A DNA stretch of 40,998 nt, taken from Chiloscyllium plagiosum (lineage: Eukaryota). Each line of letters opens with the position of its first letter. Positions within the stretch are counted from its first letter, which is position 1. The DNA lies in NCBI RefSeq assembly GCF_004010195.1, contig NC_057753.1:9955750-9996747 (forward strand), written 5' to 3'. Of this stretch, positions 33,745 to 40,998 are shown one piece after another. Under the pieces are notes generated by a model that worked only from the letters and a program-made list of their open reading frames with translations, ran no database searches and was not told the DNA's origin. The translations under genes were made by a program, and so were the position numbers.

Positions 33745-36030
33745 TGAGTTCAGAAGTGAGGATGTCTTCCTGCAGTTAGGGGGTCATTGAATATATTCAA
33801 GGCTGAGTTCATCTGATATTTTGAACAACAATGAAATGGATTTTTATGGGGGAAGGCAAGAAAATGGTTTTAAGACCAGTATAGAACAGTTACAGTGTCA
33901 GACAGAACAGAAACAGACCCTTCAGTCCAACTAGTCCATGCTGACTATGTTCTCAAACTAAACTTGTCCCACCTACCAGTGTTAGGCCCATGTCCTTCTG
34001 AATCTTTCCTATTCAGATACTTATCCAAATGTCTGTTTAAATGCTGTAACTGCACCTGTATCCACCGCTTCCTCTGGATATTCATTCCACACATGAACCA
34101 CTCGCTGTGTAAAATGAAAAATAGTGCCCCTTATGTCTTTTTCAAATCTTTCTCCTCTCCCCTTCAAAATTTGCTCCCTAATCTTGAAACCCCCAACCAA
34201 GGGAAAGGACACCTGCCTTTCACGTCAGCTATATCCCTCATGATTTAATCAACCTCAGTAAGGTCACCTCTCAACCTCCTATGTTCCAATGAAAAATGTC
34301 CCAGCCTGTCCACCAAAATGTAGGTATATTCATATCTAGTTATGATCTGTTCAATGCTGGTCCAGGCTTGAAAGACCAAATATCCTAGTCCTGCTCTCAA
34401 TTCTCACACTCTGTGTCCAGGACAGCAAGAGACCATAAGACATAGGAGCTGAAATTAGGCCATTCAGCCCATCAGGTCTGCTGATACCACACAATCGCAG
34501 CTGATAAGTTTCTCAACCCCATTCTCCTGCTTTCTCCCCATAACCCTCGATCCCCTTGATACTTAAGAATCTGTCTACCTCAATCTTAAATATCCTCAAT
34601 GACCTACCCTTTACAGCCTTCTGTGGCAATGAATTCCAAAGATTCACTACTCTCTGGTTGAAGAAGTTTCTCCTTATCACCATTCCAAAAGGCCTTCCCT
34701 TTACTCTAAGGCTGTGCTTTCAGGTTCTTGTCTCTCCTCCCAATGGAAACATCTTCCCAACATCCACTCTGTCCAGGCCATTCAATATTCTGTATGTTTC
34801 AATTAGAGTGTGGGCCTGTGAATCAGCATGAAACAGACTCTTCAGGGTGAGATAGAGCAGGGATTAGGTTCAGCAAAGTGAGAATGGAGGGAGTGTGTGT
34901 GGGATGGAGATTTTCAGCTTCTAGAGAATAAGAGAGGAAAGAGAGTTTCGCATAAATTAGAATTGATCAGATGGGTCAGTGGGCTGAGGAGTGGGAGATG
35001 GAGTTTAATTTAGACAAATGTGAGGAGTTGCATTTTGGTCAAGCAATCCAGGCAGGGCTGACACAGTTAAGGGGAGTGTTGCTGAATAAAGAGACCTTGG
35101 AGTGCAGGTTCATAATTCCTTGAAAGTGGAGTCTCAGGTAGCTAGGATAGTAAAGAAGGTGTTCGGTATGCTTTCCTTTGTTGGTCAGAGCATTGAGTAT
35201 GGGAGTTGGGAGGTCATGTGGCAGCTGTACTGAAATTGGTTGGGCCACTTTTGGAATACTGCATTCTATTCTGGTCTCCTTGATACAGGAAAGATGTTGT
35301 GAAACTTTGAAAGATGTTGGGAAAGATTGACAAGGCTGTTGCCAGAGTTGGAGTATTTGAACTACTAGGAGAGGCAGAATAGGCCAGCAATATTTTCCCT
35401 GGAGCATCAGAGGCTGAGGGGTGACCTTTATACACATTTGTAATGGGCATGGATAAGGTGAATACCCAAGATCTTTTCCCCAGGATGGTGCAGTCCAAAA
35501 CTAGACGGTGCATGTTTGAGGTGAGAGGGGAATGATTCACAAGTGTGGTTGTGAAGACTGGACTTCCAGAGCAGCTGTCAAAGATGTTTTGCCCTGACTG
35601 GGAGCAGAAGTTGTTACAGCGAAATCTTTCATTTAAAAGCCAACAACTGAGTGAGTGAGTACATCCGGGATTTTGGTGGAAAGTGGGAATTCATTGCACT
35701 TTGGGGCTGCAGCCCTTCCCTATCCAGTCATTTCTGCTGTTGGGTGAGACTAGACCTCAAGATTAGGGGGAGTAGCTTTCAAACAGAGGTTAGGAGGAAC
35801 TGTTTTTCCTGGAGAGTAGTGAATCTATGGAATTCTCTGCCCAGTGAAGCAGTAAAGGCCACTTCAGTATATTGAAGACACAGTTGGATGGGTTTTTGCA
35901 TGGTTAGTGAATTAAGGGTAGCTTTGACAATGCAGGGAGGAGGAGCTGCGATGGTGGATCGATCAGCCATGGTCTTAATGAATGGCAGAGCAGGCTCGAC
36001 AGGACAAATGGCCTTCTCCTGCTTCCATTA
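33745..36030. mobile_element. Stack of CR1 fragments, inverted paralog of 7080-10100
   Basis: Same fragments and the same inter-fragment junctions as the left block, reverse-complemented. Confidence 0.75.
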
Positions 36031-36775
36031 CTATGGAACTATAACCCTGCATTTCCCATTGGCTAGCCCACCGAATCTGCACATCCCTGGACACTGTGGG
36101 CAATTTAGCATGGCCAAGGCAAATCAAGGCAGGTGAGCAATGTCGTGATGTGGAAAATGAACATCAGAGAACAATAGCAAGGGACAAGGAGAGTAAATGT
36201 CCCAGCAATCAAAACTTGATTCCCAAGATCACAAAAATTGAAACTAAAAACGGTATGTCTGAATGTGTGCTGCATTGTAACAAACATAAGTGAATTGACT
36301 ACACACATTGAAGAGAATGATTATGATCTGAGACTCTTTACAGAGATGTGGCTTCAGGATGACAAGGATTGGATCCTGAATATCGAAGGGGGAGTCAAAT
36401 GGGAAGCTAGGTAAAGGCAGAGGGTTGGCACTGCTAATCAAAGCATTGATCACAGGGTAGTCTGGTGTCAGTTCAGATTTCAGGTCCTGATTTTTCTCTC
36501 CTCTGTTGATCTCCCTGTTCACTCAGAGTAAGATGTTGGTCTGTCAGCTCTACTGGATTTTTACACCATCCGGAACAATAAAACATTCGGTCAATCGAGA
36601 CCCAACCCACCATCGCCCAGCTTGTCAACCGTCCAGATACAGAATGTAGCAGGGAATCAAACAAGAAAAACGAAACCAAATCAGAAATAAATATATGCTC
36701 ATGCTTAATGTTTGTTCATTAGTAAGTAAACCAGAAAAGGGTTCTCCCAGAATTCTTATAGTGCCCTATTTGAGG

Positions 36776-37258
36776 AATTCCCTATCCCTTACATCTAACT
36801 ACTAGTACCCAGCTATGATTTACTACAACATTTACATCAACAGAAATAAAGCATCTGTTATCTCTGTGATATGCAGCACAGAAATGGACTTTTTATCTCT
36901 CTCATGCATGTGTGTGCACACACAAGTCCATGGCAGTGAATTTGTATTTGCAGCATTATATTTGCCGATACATTCTATTTTGCTCCTAAAATGAACAATC
37001 TCCAGGCAGTCAATACAAATTCCCTATCCCTTACATCTAACTACTAGTACCCAGCTATGATTTACTACAACATTTACATCAACAGAAATAAAGCATCTGT
37101 TATCTCTGTGATATGCAGCACAGAAATGGACTTTTTATCTCTCTCATGCATGTGTGTGCACACACAAGTCCATGGCAGTGAATTTGTATTTGCAGCATTA
37201 TATTTGCCGATACATTCTATTTTGCTCCTAAAATGAACAAGCTCCAGCAGTCAATACA
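36776..37258. repeat. 242-bp near-identical tandem duplication
   Basis: AATTCCCTATCCCTTACATC… starts at 36776 and at 37018. Confidence 0.92.
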
Positions 37259-37364
37259 TATAGTATTATGTAAATTCAACTTTGGAAATAGAAGCAGTCT
37301 GAACCAAGGTTAGGATACAGACAGGCTCTGACCTCGCACCTTTCACACATTGTCTAGGCTGAAT

Positions 37365-38240
37365 TAGAGTTGTAGAGATGTACAGCATGGAAACAGACCC
37401 TTCGATCCAACTTGTCCATGCTGACTAGATATCTCAACCCATCTAGTCCCACCTGCCACACCCAGCCCATATCCCTCCAAACCCTTTCTATTCATATATC
37501 TGGACCTCCCCCCAAACCCCAGGGAAAGGATCTTATCTACTTACCCTATCCATGCCCCTCATGATTTTATAAACTTTTATAAGGTCACCCCTCCGCCTCT
37601 GATGCTCCATGGAAAACAGGTCAGAGCCTGTTCAACCTCTCCCTAAAGCTCAAATCCTCCAGCTGTGGCAACATCCTTGTAAATCTTTTCTGAACCCTTT
37701 CAAGTTTCACAACATCTTTCTGATAGGAAGGAGACCAGAATTGCACGCAGTTCCAACAGTGGCCTAACCAATATCCTGTACAGCCACAACATGACCTCCC
37801 AATTCCTGCACTCAGTACTCTGACCGATAAAGGAAAGCATACCAAATGCTTTCTTCACTATCCTGTCTACCTGTGACTCCACTTTCAAGGAACCTGTACT
37901 CCAAGATCACTTTGTTCAGCAACACTTCCTAGGACCATATTATTAAGTGTATACATCTTGCTCTGATTTGTTTTTCCAAAATGCAGCACCTTGCATTTAT
38001 GTAAATTAAACTCAATCTGCCACTTCTCAGCCCATTGGCCCATCTGATCAAAATCCTGTTGTGATCTGAGGGAACCTTTTTCGCTGTCGACGACACCTCC
38101 AATTTTGGTGTCACCTGAAAACTTACTAACTATATCTCTTCTTATAATCACATCCAAATCATTTATATAAATGACAAAGTAGTGGACCCACCACCGATCC
38201 TTGTGGCGCTCCACTGGTCACAGGCCTCCAGTCTGAAAAA
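37365..38240 (-). mobile_element. CR1 LINE 3' part (RT C-half)
   Basis: YINDLD, SKFSGDTKIGG, KCKVLHFG, LVRPLLE and tail. Confidence 0.88.
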
Positions 38241-38559
38241 TGTCACCTTTTTGTTATAAAACCTTACGTTATCTCGAAGGTGCTTTGCAGAAAGTTGTGG
38301 GATGTACGTATTTGTGATACCTGCAACACATTCTCAAAGATGAAAGATTACACAATCCACGTTTGTTCAATATATCACTTCGGTGGCAGGGCACTGTAAT
38401 GTTTTACCATAAATTCTGTGCGTTATGATCTTTGCTCCTTCATCATGTGGTTGTGGAGAATGTGCTCCAACTCCTTTCAAATCCAAGATGGAGGATGGGA
38501 AGGATTTCTGGCTGTGTGAGGTATTTTAGGGGTTGGAGGTGATTTCCTCGAATTCCAGG

Positions 38560-40998
38560 AGCAGCAATTACTGTTTTGGAACAATGCTGTTGCATTGTTT
38601 TGGAACTTTGGGAAAAAAAAGTCAAAACAACAGCGATTTTAATAGGGAGAAGAGCAGACTAAGGATGCACATGGTGAGGACAGTGCAGGAGAGAGAGAGA
38701 TAGAACCTACACAGTTACCGCCTTTGCTGTTTGAATTTGTGTATCACTGGACATCGGAGTGCATCTGGGAAAATTTAACAGTGAAATTCACAACTAATTT
38801 TGGAGGAACTGTTGGGCGAAGTTCACAGCACAGAATCAGATAAGTTAATCGTTGTTTTAAGTCTGTCCAAGAGAAAGGCTGCAGTAGTGAGTATAGTGGA
38901 TTCTTTCTTGATTATATGTTTTTGGAGATAAGTCTCTTGATTAAACTTAAATTAATAGCTATAGCGTATATTTTAACCTGGGGCAGTGTTTGTAGAGGAA
39001 TAAGACAGTGTTATTTTCTGGGTCTGTAGATTGTGAAGGAGCAAAAATGGCCTTTGCAGTCATATGTACTTCTTGTCAGATGTGGGAGTTTAAAGAGAAT
39101 TTAAGGGTTACTGTGGATTATATCTTCCATAAATGCTGTTGGATGCGAATCTTATCAGATCGAGTGNNNNNNNNNNNNNNNNNNNNNNNNNNNNNNNNNN
39201 NNNNNNNNNNNNNNNNNNNNNNNNNNNNNNNNNNNNNNNNNNNNNNNNNNNNNNNNNNNNNNNNNNNNNNNNNNNNNNNNNNNNNNNNNNNNNNNNNNNN
39301 NNNNNNNNNNNNNNNNNNNNNNNNNNNNNNNNNNNNNNNNNNNNNNNNNNNNNNNNNNNNNNNNNNNNNNNNNNNNNNNNNNNNNNNNNNNNNNNNNNNN
39401 NNNNNNNNNNNNNNNNNNNNNNNNNNNNNNNNNNNNNNNNNNNNNNNNNNNNNNNNNNNNNNNNNNNNNNNNNNNNNNNNNNNNNNNNNNNNNNNNNNNN
39501 NNNNNNNNNNNNNNNNNNNNNNNNNNNNNNNNNNNNNNNNNNNNNNNNNNNNNNNNNNNNNNNNNNNNNNNNNNNNNNNNNNNNNNNNNNNNNNNNNNNN
39601 NNNNNNNNNNNNNNNNNNNNNNNNNNNNNNNNNNNNNNNNNNNNNNNNNNNNNNNNNNNNNNNNNNNNNNNNNNNNNNNNNNNNNNNNNNNNNNNNNNNN
39701 NNNNNNNNNNNNNNNNNNNNNNNNNNNNNNNNNNNNNNNNNNNNNNNNNNNNNNNNNNNNNNNNNNNNNNNNNNNNNNNNNNNNNNNNNNNNNNNNNNNN
39801 NNNNTGGTGAGGGCAGGAATAGGAGGATAGAGCAGATGAATGCATGGCTGAGGAGCTGGTGTATGGGAGAAGGATTCACATTTTTGGATCATTGGAATCT
39901 CTTTTGGGGTAGAAGTGACCTGTACAAGAAGGACAGATTGCACCTAAATTGGAAGGGGACCAATATACTGGAAGGGAAATTTGCGACAACGACTTGGGAG
40001 GATTTAAACTAGTAAGGTGGGGGGTGGGACCCAGGGAGATAGTGAGGAAAGAGATCGATCTGAGACGGGTACAGCTGAGAACAGAAGTGAGTCAAACAGT
40101 GGGGACAAGGTAGGACTAATAAATTAAACTGCATTTATTTCAATGCAAGGGACCTAACAGGAAAGGCAGATGAACTCAGGGCATGGTTAGGAATATGGGA
40201 CAGGGATATCATTGTAATTACGGAAACATGGCTCAGGGATGGGCAGGACTGGCAGCTTAATGTTCCAGGATACAAGTGCTACAGGAAGTATAGAAAGGGA
40301 GGCAAAGAGGAGGGGGAGTGGCCCTTTTGATAAGGGATAACATTACAGCTGTGCTGAGGGAGGATATTCCCGGAAATACATCCAGGAAGGTTATTTGGGT
40401 GGAACTAAGAAATAAGAAAGGGATGATCACCTTACTAGGATTGTATTATAGACCCCCTAATATTCAGAGGGAGATTGAGAAACAAACTTGTAAGGAGATC
40501 TCAGCTATCTGTAAGAATAATAGGGTAGTTATGGTAGGGGATTTTAACTTTCCAAACATCGACTGGGACTGCCCTAGGTGCCGACCTCTCTCACTCTTCC
40601 TGGAGTTATCCCATCTATGTGACTGTATCTGAGACTTTCCCCCCTTCCCATAACTGCCATCCATCACATAGGGTTTAGATGGAGAGGAATTTGTCAAGTG
40701 TGTACAAGACAATTTTCTAATTCAGTATGTGGATGTACCTACTAGAGAAAGTACAAAACTTGACCTACTTTTGGGAAATAAGGCAAGGCAGGTGACTGAG
40801 GTGTCAGTGGGGGAGCAATTTGGGGCCAGTGACCATAATTCTATTTGTTTTAAAATAGTGATGGAAAAGGATAGACCAGATCTAAAAGTTGAAGTTCTAA
40901 ATTGGAGAAAGGCCAATTTTGACGGTATTAGGCAAGAAACTTTTGAAAGCTGATTGGACGCAGATGTTCGCAGGTAAAGGGACGGCTGGAAAATGGGA
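38560..40998 (+). mobile_element. CR1/HER1 LINE 5' portion: 5'UTR, ORF1 (39047-40012, gap inside) and ORF2 endonuclease; runs off the window
   Basis: ORF1 has N-terminal CTSC…KC zinc motif and C-terminal SGNH-esterase-like NAWLRSWC…DHW…DRLHLN. ORF2 has CIYFNAR, ITETWL, YYRPPN, GDFNFP, SDH. The 5' boundary is approximate. Confidence 0.88.

Noticed and set aside
36240..36460. Possible host exon shared with 6670-6880
   Set aside because: Translates to NISELTTHIEENDYDL…EMWLQDDKDWILNIEG, an old CR1 endonuclease fragment.
36776..37258. 242-bp duplication as a functional element
   Set aside because: Near-identical copies inside repeat-derived DNA, single in the paralog at 6220-6420; a recent duplication or assembly artefact.

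Overview
This is vertebrate, not prokaryotic, DNA. The HE1-type SINEs and HER1/CR1-type LINEs point to an elasmobranch (shark/ray) draft assembly, with N-gaps at 821-1320, 29321-29820 and 39167-39803. The window is a repeat-dense cluster of C2H2 zinc-finger genes. There are four paralogous last exons that all end in ...H(I/V)PSQ(G/R)D-stop: one open but cut by a gap, three pseudogenised. They sit in duplicated units in inverted orientation. Also present: a tRNA-Pro(AGG) with an 18-nt intron, a truncated initiator tRNA-Met, a disabled QSOX first exon with its promoter and splice donor, two CpG/NRF1 promoters (one with a tandem CRE array), and many CR1 and Rex/Babar fragments. The most notable non-obvious signal is a set of minimal hammerhead ribozyme motifs inside fold-back Penelope-like non-autonomous repeats. 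There are also several templated-insertion and template-switch scars. Family names come from recalled consensus sequences, not database searches.
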